NCBI GenBank assembly: GCA_040954595.2
Contig: CM082579.2
Coordinates: 2,183,908 to 2,247,907, forward strand
Length of the DNA: 64,000 bases
Direction: 5' to 3'
Source of the DNA: Balanoglossus misakiensis
Taxonomy: Eukaryota > Animalia > Hemichordata
Shown here: piece by piece, positions 35,101 to 47,000 of the stretch
Layout of the letters: every line of letters begins with the position of its first letter
How positions within the stretch are numbered: the stretch's first letter is position 1
The notes under the pieces: generated by a model
Database searches by the model: none
Seen by the model: only the letters and a program-made list of their open reading frames with translations
What the model was told of the DNA's origin: nothing
Position numbers and translations under genes: made by a program

Positions 35101-38100
35101 GAATTCTGATAATACAAGCAAAACTTTACTGATATTGTAAAATATGACGGTAAATCTAGTCTGATATCTAACCTTCGCCCCACGATCTAAGTCTATGACT
35201 AATATAATCATACAAGTGTGAATTTCAAAAAGAGGAAACCAGAGTGGAACATGCAATCCAATGGACAAAGGAGTTATCTGGTTAATGTATATAATCAAGT
35301 TAGTCAGAAAGGTTTGGATTTTAGTAAAACAGTAGAAGGTATAACAAAACATGTAATGTGGTGATTTTTTATTTGTTAAATAACCCTAAACTAGAGGACA
35401 CTGCAGTTCTGGTGTTAGTAAGTTATACATACTCTTTTCAAAGTGTTTCTTGCCACTGCCAGGCCTTGTTTCTATTACCATAGCTCCAAAAACCATATCC
35501 GGTTTAGGTTCGCCTACATTTCAGATGAAATGACACATGTATTTACAGTTTGGAAGAAAACATGCATAAATGCAGAGTCTTCCCTACACATGGAGACAGC
35601 TGTTATTGGTTATGTTTATCTTGTGATGGTGAATGGCAGTGAGGCAGTTAGTATGTTTGGAGAGTGAAGGAGGTGGAAATGAAAGAAGGAAACAAAAGAG
35701 ATTAGAGTTGTATGCCAACTTACATCATGAACAAAACCACCACACATAAAAACAACTTCACATGCAACATATGCGACACACCAATCATGAGGGGGGAGGA
35801 AAAAGCAAACCCAACCAGTGTAGCTGTGGCAACTAAAGAGAACACAATAACAAAAAGAAAAAAAACATAAGATGTCAGTCACAGAAAAATCAAAACTATG
35901 TCCAGGGCAGTCAGCAGTGTGGGTGTCAGAAATTGGAAGGTGTAAAAAGCTGGCACAGATATAGTAGAATGGTTGTTTGAGTTTTGTTTATAGCGAGGAA
36001 AGCTAAGAAAGTTCATGTTGCATCAGCATGTATTTACTTCCATGAGAATCTGGGGTGGGTCACGACCAATTTTTAATACGGAGAGTACACTTTGTTTCGG
36101 GTGGTATTGGCAGCTTTTTGATTTTCCTGTTTGAAGTGACTGTTTTCATCATGTTTATGTTTAGAGGGGGGATAATCATTCTTGGAATACACAAAGGGTA
36201 GACAGCGAGAATATGGCAACGGCATCAACAAGTGCTGGGAACAGAAACTTGCAAGTGCATCACTGACAAATTAGGAACCAGTCACTCTCATGCAGTGCCT
36301 GTGTGGCCTGTTTTCATCTGAAAATGATGACAGATTTTGTGTTCTTGTACAAGTCCATTAGTTGTAAAGTGATGTTTGTATAAGGCAGACTCAGCTCCAC
36401 CTGGAAATAAGCCATCTTGAATTATTTCGATGCACAAAAGTTTCAACATGTTGAATAACCACAGTACGCGCGTCACTTTCATTTTGAAATTTACACACGG
36501 ATTTTGCAGACCATTTCCAAAACAAAAAAACACTTTACTGTGGTGACTGTACAGGTGAATGCTGCTCTCATGCATTATTTTTCATTTTGCAAGCATGTGA
36601 TGGTCATTAGGGAAGTAACCCCTAAGAATGTGAGAAGATAACGGTATTGAATGCATCTGGCGAAGTCCAATTTATGATACATTTAAATGATTGGGTAAAC
36701 ATTTCTGACTGTACTAATAGCTTTGATGTCTGTTTACACAGAGTAACATTAACAAATAGAATTGATGTTGGTATCAATGACAGTCTCATTGTAGTACTAG
36801 AACCACTTAACTTTATCACTTCTATTCCATTCGAATCTTTAACACAATTCTAATTCTTGGGGATATGGTTGGAATTAGGAGAGAGAATGGACCCTTAGAC
36901 TGTTGTCTACTCAGCTCTGTCTCATTTGGACGATATAAAATGCTTCTACAGAAGGGGGAAAGAACAACAGTCAGTGGTTCAGACTGGCTATTGTACTGGC
37001 AGTAAAGATTTATTGGTGTGACCTGCACAAATGGAATATGCCCACATTTCCTATGCATCACTAGTGAATCTGCATATATCACACTACATGTATATAAATA
37101 GAACTCTGCAGTCTGTGCACATGGTATACACAATATATTTGTGTTTTTCCTATTACTGATACTCTGACGTAAAATTATTTATAAAGGCTAGGGTGATAAA
37201 TACTTCTGTTCAAATAATATAATTGTCAAAAAGTCATCAATCAAATATATTTAAAATTACTAGTTTACTTTGGAGGACAGGTTTCATCATTTACTACATG
37301 AAAACAGGCCAATTCCAGGCACCTCAATTGGCTGGGCTGGGCTAGGGTAGGGGAGGGTAGATGTAAGTGTTATTTGATCATGCTGACACAAGCTCATGAA
37401 TGCAAAACTGGAACAGTGAGGAAAACATTTGCTTGCAGTGCTTAACTGATAAATATGCCCTTTTTTGTAGAGATGCAGTTTGCAATATTTGCTTGAAAGA
37501 TATATTCAAACAGATAGCTAAAGTAGATGGTGAAGATTTCGAATGATTTCTACATCTATGTGTAATATGACATTATGACCACCATTGTTGTTGATATGTT
37601 ATACATACATGTGTACAAACAGCTTTGCATACACTGCTTTTAAAACTGAACGAATCAAATTTTGAGAGAATTGGCTTTGATAATATAATTATACTAGTAT
37701 ATTTAAACTACCGAGATGGTGGCATTAACACTGGAATTAAATACAAGCGGTTTGAATTTTGGCATTTCCCCTTACGTGCATCATTCTTTCTTGGAGTAGA
37801 TGCCCTTGGTGTCTGACTTGGTGTTGGTGTTGGAACCTTGACTCGTGGAGATCTTGGTGTCGAAGCTTTTGCCCGTGGTGTTTTAGGTTCTGCTGTCCCG
37901 TTAGCGGGAGCGGCTGGCTTTTCTCTGGGGGTTTTAGGAGGTGATGCTGCCCGGGGGGATTTAGGAGGTGGCGCCTTTCCCCTTGGGCTTTTAGGGGGAC
38001 TTTTTGGGGTGGGAGATTTTGGTGCTGATTTAGAAGTTGGGCTTTTCTTAGGAGATTTAACTTTTTCCTCCTTTGGGCTCTCAGGCTTTTCCTCTGTTGG

Positions 38101-41100
38101 CTTTTGTTCTGGTGGACTTTCACTCTCAGGAGTGGCAACTTTTTCCTCTGTTTGGGTCTCGGCTTTTTCATCAGTTGGCGTTTGTTCTGGTGGGCTTTCA
38201 TTCTGAGGGGTAGCAACATTTATTTCAGCTTGATTTGACGGTTCAGCATTTTCAGCTGTGTTTGTTTCTGGTTTTGGAATGTTTTGCTCCAGATTTCCAG
38301 AGTCTGGATTCTCAGGTTCCACTTTTTCAGCAGTAGCTTCTTCAGCTGAAAAGAATGCATTTCAGGTCATTGAAATGAAAAAAAAGAAAACAGAAAAAAT
38401 GACAATCAGTCTACTGAAACTGAAATCAAGCATACAATAAACTACCTTACTCAGGACTACTAATAGTATAAAAAATCCAAGTCAAATGCTTTAAAAAAAG
38501 ACTGGAAACTCACACAATATTGTTCATGCTGCCCAGGAAAAAACTTTCCACTATATGATCATGTGCAAGTGATTCGGAGTCAACTTTATATAGTGTGAGG
38601 ATGTGGAGTATAGGACAGTTAGGGTATAACACACACAATCCCACTGTGACAGTACAAAGTGACAGTCTCACACTTAATGAGACTCGTTGGAGAACAAAGT
38701 ATCATCTGCAATGAACTTGCAGACATGTAGCATGACAGATATTGACCAAAACAGCTGAATGTGTATGAAGATGTGTTTAGGAGGGTGTATGCAAGACAGT
38801 ACTCAGAATCTTCTTAACACTTTAGCAGGTTGTTCATGACATTATTATATGAAGATCAGCATTCAGAAGCAACCCCAACAGATATTTATGTCAATAACCT
38901 TGACCTTGTGTGAAAGCAAGCTTTTGACTGAAGCTGCTGTGCATATACAATGAAGAGTGGCAATGTGGGCATATTCTCTCTAAAAATATAGGTAGTTCCT
39001 AAAATAGAAGCCTGACTAAGTCATACATTGTGTTAGTTGAGTGGGCTAAAGGTTCAGGAAACTCAAGTTTATGTACATTATCAGTGCGATAAATTGTTCA
39101 TTTGGAGTACTTATGTGCTAATAATATACACACCCAATAGTACTGGGAAATGTTCACTCTCACATGCTACATCGATAATTAACATATATGGTGGCTGTGT
39201 CTACCCATGAGTGTTTGGCTGTCCATTTGTCTAATCCTTGGGGACTTACCCTTGACTGCACTGTCACACATACCTTGGGACACCTGTTCCACACACAATC
39301 CATGCTAACTTGTCATACAGATACCCAAAGCAATGAATCTAGTAGGCAGCTTTGGAAAGATTCTTGTAATGCATCATAATGATGAATCCCCATGGATTAT
39401 ATAGTACTTAGCATTTGACAGTTAATTGTATTTTGAGCCCCCATGGAAGGCAAAGCAGTAGAGGCGTCAGCAAGATAGCTGGAAACATCCCGCAACAATG
39501 AAGTCATAGGTACAAGTATAGTAGTAGTATCAAACTTTTATGTTAGTAAACAACACACTTTCTCTAAATGTACATTTGTATATATATTTTTCTTTGTACA
39601 GTAACTACTTTATTATGTTTATTTTGTATACATGCAGAAAACGAATTTCTAGGCTCATTTTTACATTTCACCTGACTTACCTCCTGCCTGTTGTGGCTGG
39701 GTTTGCTCAGCTTGAGGTTGTTGGTCCCCATTCTGTTCGCTGCCATCCCAGCCAAGGCTGAAGTTGGACTGACCGCCAGGTGGGTTGATAACCCTGTTTA
39801 AAAAAAATTATTTGAAAATTAATCAATGATTTTTAATACAGCACAACACGTCACAAAGGTGGAAGCTGGACTGACAACTGGGGGGATTCTGTAGATAGAT
39901 ACTTGACATTACTCATGAAGAGGAAAATGGTTAATACTGAATGTGTAGTCCAGCACGTAAATGTACAACAACTTGAACAAGACAAAACACTTGACAAATG
40001 ACATGGATAGCTTCAGAGCGACCTTCACCGCACTTTTGGGCTGAATAAAGATGTGGAGGCCACACCTACACTACTGACCCTACAGTGAAACGTTTAAGCC
40101 TTCCATTGTAATCTTTGGAATACATGCAACTGCAAATTTCTCCCCTTTAGGCAGAAAATATGACAATGCCAATACTTTGCTTGTACAAAATAATTCGAAA
40201 TAATATTACTGATTGCACATCATATTGAAGAATAACAATGAGAATACATTTGTGTGACCAATGATGTCATACATATTGTCTGCATTTAATTTGAATAGCA
40301 TTTTGATAAAGAAAAGACATGCCCAGGCCGTTTCTATGAAGTGAACTATAAAAGGTCACACAAGACAACCTTGTTTTGTTGTGGTGCATCAGCAAAATGA
40401 AGGGGTTCTGGTGCAGTCAATGGACTGTTTGTCCGCGTCTCTCCCCTCCTTTTTTGTCAAACTGTACAATGGCTATCATCGATGCTACCCATATAGATTA
40501 AAGTGACCATATATGGTGCATGTCTTGTAAGAGCTGACTAGGAAGAAACGCACAAATTTGCATCACTTTAAAAGAATAAAGAAAAAAATACAGAAATAAT
40601 GTCTTTTGTTGGATAGGACCTTTGTACCATATATTTGTTTGTAAAATGTTCATTTTTCAAGGGATAAAAGGACCAACTTTTCACAGGGATGGGACGCATT
40701 ACAAAAGCAACAACTGGCATGAGGATATTGGTCATTACTTATAAAAGGATAGGTAGAAAAAGGGGTGGGATGGAATTAAACCTATTCACTGGACACTGTC
40801 CAGGTTGAAAATACGATAAACAGGACAAATACATGTACCTATCCTGAATACAGTAACAGTAAACAGAAGAGTTGACATCAATACTGGTTATTATGTGAAT
40901 TATAGTGATGTGTGTTTTTCATTTGAAATGCTGTCTGGTCAAATTCCAAGGTCTATTAAAATACGCAAATATTAAGGTTATGACACCAAAACCTCAAAAC
41001 AAGGTCAATAACCTCCATAGAGTTGAGATTCATGCCTTGTTGGTACAGCGTACTTCTTTTTTTGTACATTAAAATTTGTTAATTTTGCTTGAGAGGTTAC

Positions 41101-41974
41101 TTTGCTATCATAGCAAAGACACACGTTCACCCCACTGTAAACTAATTTAATCTGCGTGTCTGGGCAACTCACCCTCCCTGAACTCTGAGTCAGATATGGG
41201 AACAGGTGAGGTAGTAAACTGAATAAATTGACAGGCCCTGCTGTCAAGGCTGAGGCGTTATTTTTAAACTGGCGAATGAGGCTGGATTAGGAAATGCTAC
41301 TTGATATGAAATATATTTTATAATGTGGGTGGAGCTAGTTGTATGTACACACGTATTTCGTTCTGAGGATGCTCTATAAGCGTTGTGTGGGAAGCTACTG
41401 TAATACACAGTACGGTGTACTACTGATGCTACTGGATTTCTTGCTGTGTTCAATTTCATCACACCTAACCTAGTGATTCACACATTTACAGTTACATGTT
41501 ATAAATAATTAAGAAATGAAATTGATTTTTAACTGAGTTGTATTTAGGAAAACTTGCAGTGAGAACGAATAGTTCAAAATTCAGCAGTAGAATGACATGG
41601 TTGACCACATTACGCGAAATTACTCATGCTATCAACCTTCCCATTGGACAACTATGGGAGCCTGACTCAGCAGCTCAGAGAGTGCAACTCACGCAGACTA
41701 CACCGATGCATGATGGATAATCCGCACCCGTCGTTAGTCTGGGTTCCCTCGCATATGTAAACGGTCATGTTCGTGGGAAAATTATCAATATTTGAACAAA
41801 TACATATCAACCATTACACTGGACATTACGCCCATCATTTATATTCACTTTCAAATCAGACTAGCAACGTGATATTTCAACAATTTGTTACTAAATTTGT
41901 TTTTGGAACAGGGCTTACCTGGACGTTGGCTTCTCGATGGTCTCCATCCCCTGATATGTTGACGTAGTGGTCAT
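32170..41974 (-). CDS. JPT: Jupiter/HN1-family microtubule-associated protein (JPT1/JPT2 homolog), up to 430 aa
   Basis: Exons in transcript order: 41974-41919, 39793-39681, 38345-37776, 35513-35433 (candidate), 34936-34709, 32414-32170. The N-terminus MTTTSTYQGMETIEKPTSRVINPPGGQSNFSLGWD and C-terminus RIPPGGKSSGIF* are the family's PPGG motifs. The donor after 34709 (gtgatc) is weak but is required by phase. Confidence 0.88.
35433..35513 (-). CDS. JPT: Candidate 81-nt phase-symmetric JPT cassette exon (EPKPDMVFGAMVIETRPGSGKKHFEK)
   Basis: tgtag|GCGAACCT...GAAAAGA|gtatgt; open, phase 1-1; a TACTAAC and a pyrimidine-rich tract lie upstream on the - strand (~35650-35700). Not in the ORF track; no transcript support available. 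Confidence 0.55.
37776..38345 (-). CDS. JPT: 570-nt phase-symmetric JPT exon, acidic repeat followed by KSP/TPR/SPR-rich segment
   Basis: ttttcag|CTGAAGAA...GATGCAC|gtaagg; phase 1-1; in frame with ORF 37708-38322. Confidence 0.82.
38062..38217 (-). repeat. Coding tandem duplication, 2 x 78 bp (26 aa), within the large JPT exon
   Basis: VATPQNESPPEQTPTDEKAETQTEEK / VATPESESPPEQKPTEEKPESPKEEK. Confidence 0.85.
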
Positions 41975-44062
41975 AGCTAGCTGTTTCTCTTTTACTGATA
42001 GGGGTAGATTGACAGTTGTTTAACAGGGCTGGGCTTGGCGGTTCAAAAGGACAACTTCAGCCTGCAAAAGGACTGTGGTGGGTGGCAATGTAGAAATCGT
42101 TGACCCCAAGCTCGAGCGCTGACTGGCAGTTACCTTGTCACCCTCCTTGCAAATATCCGACCGAAGGTTTGAATTATGCGCAGCATGACGTGATGCGCAG
42201 ATGCCACCCCAGTAACGTTTGAAAGCCCGTGTTTAATTGGTTAAAATCTGTTATACTTCACATTATACTTCACCCCTAAAAACTTAATTAAGGGTATAAG
42301 GGGCGACAATATACTTGGTTACATTACTAATAACATGGAAAATTTATATCATGCCAAATTATTCCCCTGCTTCCGCAAATTGTTCAATTATACTGTTTTC
42401 TTTTAGATGCGAAATGATTACTATATGACCAATCAGGTACTTCGATAAAAACAAACTCAAAAACTTAAACTCAAAACGTGACCTCGCGATCAGCTCTACG
42501 AAAACAAGAATATATACATTAATTTTAGTGAAAATACACTTATAAATACTTAAGATCAAATAAAGGGGGATTCTTTGGTTCTATTTATGAAAGCTGAAAA
42601 TACGTAAGAGCCTTTTCCCACAATACATCCATCTTGGGAATCACCCCCACGTGACTAACGAATCATCCAATGAAAAAAGGGGTGATCCCGGCCACGATTT
42701 CGCGCCAAAGTTGCGCGTACGAATTTGTTTACATCACAACATCACGGAGTTTCCCCGGAAATTCAAGTATGACAACTTAAATGGACAATCTGCGTTCAAG
42801 AATATAAGGTTTGGATCTGTTTGCTTGTAATAATTTCAAATTTCCCATTCTGTCCCCAGTGGAAAACGCTGAGTGAATGGGCTTGTTGATTTCCAAATCT
42901 TCAAGCATCTGGAAGTTGCCATGCCCGACGAACCTTTGTTGAGAAGTTTTCAAGTTCAACTTATCCGCGTCTGGAAGATGAAACATTATATTTTGATCTG
43001 GATACCACATAAATATTGAAGATAACATTCTTTCATGGTCACACATCCGATATATATACAGTGATTGATACCAGTAGTACTGTGCATCGTGATGACACTC
43101 CAGACGTGTTTTGTTTTAAAACTGCTGAAGACTTCGAAATTTTAATTTAGTCAGCATTAACCACCTCATTATATACTCAAATTGTTACAAATTTATTGTA
43201 TAAGGATAAATATTCAATTGTTATTTTATATGTTCAATTTCGTGTGAACGCTGTTTTCCTATCACGACTGATACAACTAGCTAGACTAGAGTATCGCTTC
43301 TGGCACGTCAACCATTCAGCCGACTTACCTTTCAATTTTACATGTCCTGTCATATAACTATTAGTAAATAATTTTATTTAAAAATGAACAAAATTGCAAC
43401 GAGAAAGTTTAAACGGAAATACGGCCCTGGCACCTACTTGATTTGATCTGTGAAATATTTTTTCTGATGTTCTGAAAGCGAAGCAGCTGCCAACTTGTGA
43501 TGTGAGACTGGTTGGTGTATTAGAGGATAATAAATGGGAAATAGCGCGTGCCAGGTCTATCAGTTTGAAGCTAACTTCACATGCGGTGAGATCTCCCGAT
43601 CGACGTACTTTCGACGGCCCTTACTTTCTATTAACCATGGGATTCAGCATTAGCTTTAATTCGTTTCAATGGTAAAGCGCAAGAAGTATTCAACGTGCGC
43701 TACAACGACGAACGGGAACCAGGATGGGTATGTTGACGTGGAAATTGTTTTCGAGTGGAATAGTTACGCTCGAGGTCGTTTTCAGGTCGCGATCAAGGGA
43801 AGCGCGTTTATGTCTCATTTCTCCAAAAAGTGATTGGATAACACGGCTGTGCAATGTGGAAACTGAAAATATTCCATTGTATTGTCATTCAGCGGAGTAA
43901 ATTTGATTGCACAAAGTGCTGTCGATGAAATAATGCCGACAAAATCTGCGAACGAGATGTTAATAACGATGGCAGCCATCTTGAAAAAAATTGCCATCGA
44001 AAATTTTCTGAACGTTTTTGTCTCGGGATTACCATATATCGCATCGTTCATTGAATTTTAGG
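41975..44062. promoter_or_regulatory. CpG-rich divergent (head-to-head) promoter region between JPT and CRAMP1
   Basis: Start codons are about 2.1 kb apart and point away from each other. CRE-like TGACGTGA (~42187), CCAAT (~42429 and ~42667), E-box CACGTGAC (~42648), TTTCGCGCCAAA E2F site (42698-42709), YY1-like GCCATCTT (~43975). CpG is retained here but depleted in the flanking gene bodies. Confidence 0.65.
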
Positions 44063-47000
44063 ATGACAACTGCAGTTTCGGAGCCAGCAGCAGAAAATCG
44101 GGACAGCAAATCAACATGTAATCGTGTAACTACGGAAAATGGGGTGGTCGAAGTTGAAACCAAACGCAAACGAGGTGCTGGTGAGACAACAAAAGAGAAA
44201 GAAGAGAACATACCACAATACAAACATCCAGTCCTGCGATCTAGTGTCAGACCGCATAAACGATTCAAGAAAGACCAAAGTCCCCCACCTGTACAACCAA
44301 AAGAACCAGGTAAAAATAAATGTCCAGGAAATAAAATCAGAGTTTTACAGGGAAATGCAAGCTAGCTCAGGGTTAGCAAAGGGGCGTTGCATTTTGAGTG
44401 TTAATTTCAAGATGGCCCCGACCTGCCTCAAAAATAGGAGAGTAAGAAATCGACACATATCTTTTATGAAATGTGCTGTTGACCAAAGACATTGTCACAT
44501 CTGAAGTGATTAACCAAAACTCTTGCATTTCTGTATTCACAAACAGTTCGTTGGAAGCAGAAAGCAATTTCTGATTATAAACTGTTAACATGAATTCCAG
44601 CATTCGGTCGTTGGTTGATTTCGCAGTAGCTCTGGACTTATGCGCTGTTTGGGTCTACGCTGCTTTAGTCCAGAGCTAATTTCGCAGCAGCTGACACAAT
44701 TTCACTTCCTCATCAGAATTTTACTTTTACTGGAAATACTGATTATGTTTTTAATTGTGTTTTAATATTGTGAGACAATTTCAAGATGAATGGCAAACCT
44801 ATTACATGTTCATCCATACATATGATCTGTATGTTTATTTCTGGAACAGAACGCGGATTTGTGGTGTACACAAGGATCAAATGACAAATCATTGTTATTT
44901 TGATTTTACTGTCACCATTCTATGTCATGATATGTTTCACATGATTGCAATAACACTGGATCACCTAACATGTGGTACAGCAAATGCCAAATTGGCATAT
45001 ATTAATTTATTACAAATTCCTTTCAGAGAAACCGGTAAAGCAGGAACCACAGACAGTGAAGAAGCGATGGGAAGCTTGGACTGTGCAAGACAAAAATTAC
45101 TTCTTCGAAGCACTGTTTGAGGTGTGTACGCATGTGGGAAAATGGAACTGGAATTTGTTTGCCTTTTCATACTTTCTTTGGAAAATTGTAGGTTCCACAA
45201 GTCCTCAATGAGGCAGAGCTTTACTGGATTTGGATTTTTCTGTATTATGTTTTTCAACTGTCTATGTGCAAGTGTAACTGACGCCCACAGATTCTGTCAT
45301 TATCAACCATGTATCATACTGTTGGGGAAATAAGTGATGACGTGTAGTGATTTGATTTCTAACTCATTTCCAGCAACATGATTCTGTGCTTCTGTACCCC
45401 TTGGCTGTTCTTTCTAATAGGAGTATCTTTCATACGGTATGTTGTGGCACTTACACGTACCAGCATAAATAAATTCCTTTTTGTTTTTGTCTCAGTATGG
45501 CAAAGATTTTGAAGCTATTCAGAAGTACATGGAAGCTCGGCATAAGAAAAGAGGGGATCCTCATCATTTGATAAAAAACAAAGACCAGGTTAGTAGTGGA
45601 ATTAGGTGAAGGGGTCTTCATAAACTTATTTCATGCTAGTTTCGGAACACATATTACCATATTCATGGAAACGTGGAAACCAGGGTTTGGAGGTCTTTGA
45701 CCTCAGGCAATGGCTGACCTCTGTGACCTTGTGTATGGGTGTGAATGGTGTGTTTATTCTTATTTGCATCAGAATTTGATACCATGGGAATTGTTTGTAA
45801 AAAAGGAATGAGATGCAGTAAGCTTGGCAATGTAGCATAATTTTGCCACTCTAACTACTTGCTTTATTTTGTCTTGTACAGGTTCGTCACTTATACTACA
45901 GAACTTGGCACAAAATATCAAAGTACATTACACCTAATGAAGGTAAGTTGGTGTGCCTATGAGAGAGTTCATGTGCTGGTAGTTTAACAGGTACTGTTTG
46001 TAACTTTGTCAGCTCAAGGATACTTTGTATGGTGAAAAAAAGTGTGATTTGATTAAACTTTTTTTTCTTCAGAAATGAAGAAAACCTCTCAGGAACTGTG
46101 TGGCTTGATAAACTATGGAGAACTGAGGAAGAAAGCTGGAGGAGGCTTGAATGACAAGATAGGGCAGAAATTAAATGAGCTTACCAACAAAGGGTGAGTT
46201 TGATGGAAAGCTACTTACGCAGCATTTTAGCGTTAAGGACCATGGTCCATGCTATTTCACTTATGGCTATCGTTTGTGAATCTATGTGACTATTACGGCA
46301 TGTCATTATTGGTCTGCACTGTTTTTTTGCAGGAGGACAATTGTACGTCACAAAGGGAAGAACTTAAGAGTTAAAACTCCTGTTTGCAAGTCTCTGAAAA
46401 GACTCTACTGTACAGAAGGTACGTGGAATGTTCTGTTCTGAAAAATATGTTCTTTATTTCAGCATATCACCATTGGGGGGGGGGGGGGGAACATGTGTAT
46501 AGCGCCACCATGAGGTCAATCCTGCTGTGTCAAAGGTCAGGGAATTAAGATAAAGGTCAGGGAGTGCCACGTGGAGACCAAAATTGTGACTGTACCGTTA
46601 TTTCCACTTTATACATTTGAAGGTGTTGAAGAAGAAGAACCAATCAAATTACCAGCCAAGGTTGTTGTCGAGTTGCAACCGCACACCAATGCAGCATGGG
46701 CTACCATCCAGAGTATGGCCCAGAACCCGAGAATTAGGTTAGTACTTTCGAGTCAAGTCTCAATGTAGTTGTGTCTGACCATTTAGCATTCTGTCACAGT
46801 TCACAAAATATTCATGTGTTTGCACCAAATCTGAGTCATGTTGTACAGAACCCTTGAATATTGAGTATTGTTGTACTGGTGATATGACAAGAGAACAACA
46901 TTGTCCATTGTGTCGAAATCTTACTTTGCTTTCTTTATTTGCAACATTTCAGGATAACTGCGCCATTGAAGAGAGAACTTGGAAGTTTGATCGGTTTTCT

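Noticed and set aside
33573-36126. Further possible JPT exons on the - strand (~36126-36037, ~33719-33672, ~33629-33583)
   Set aside because: Acceptors are plausible, but donors are weak, phase-incompatible or followed by an early stop, and there are no family motifs.
39379-39440. ATGATGA box-C-like motif on the + strand within a JPT intron (also at ~51367 and ~45334)
   Set aside because: No matching CTGA box D with a terminal stem or recognisable guide; the 39379 copy is antisense to its host gene.
42777-43046. 89-aa - strand ORF in the JPT-CRAMP1 intergenic region
   Set aside because: No recognisable homology or splice support; its length is within chance expectation.
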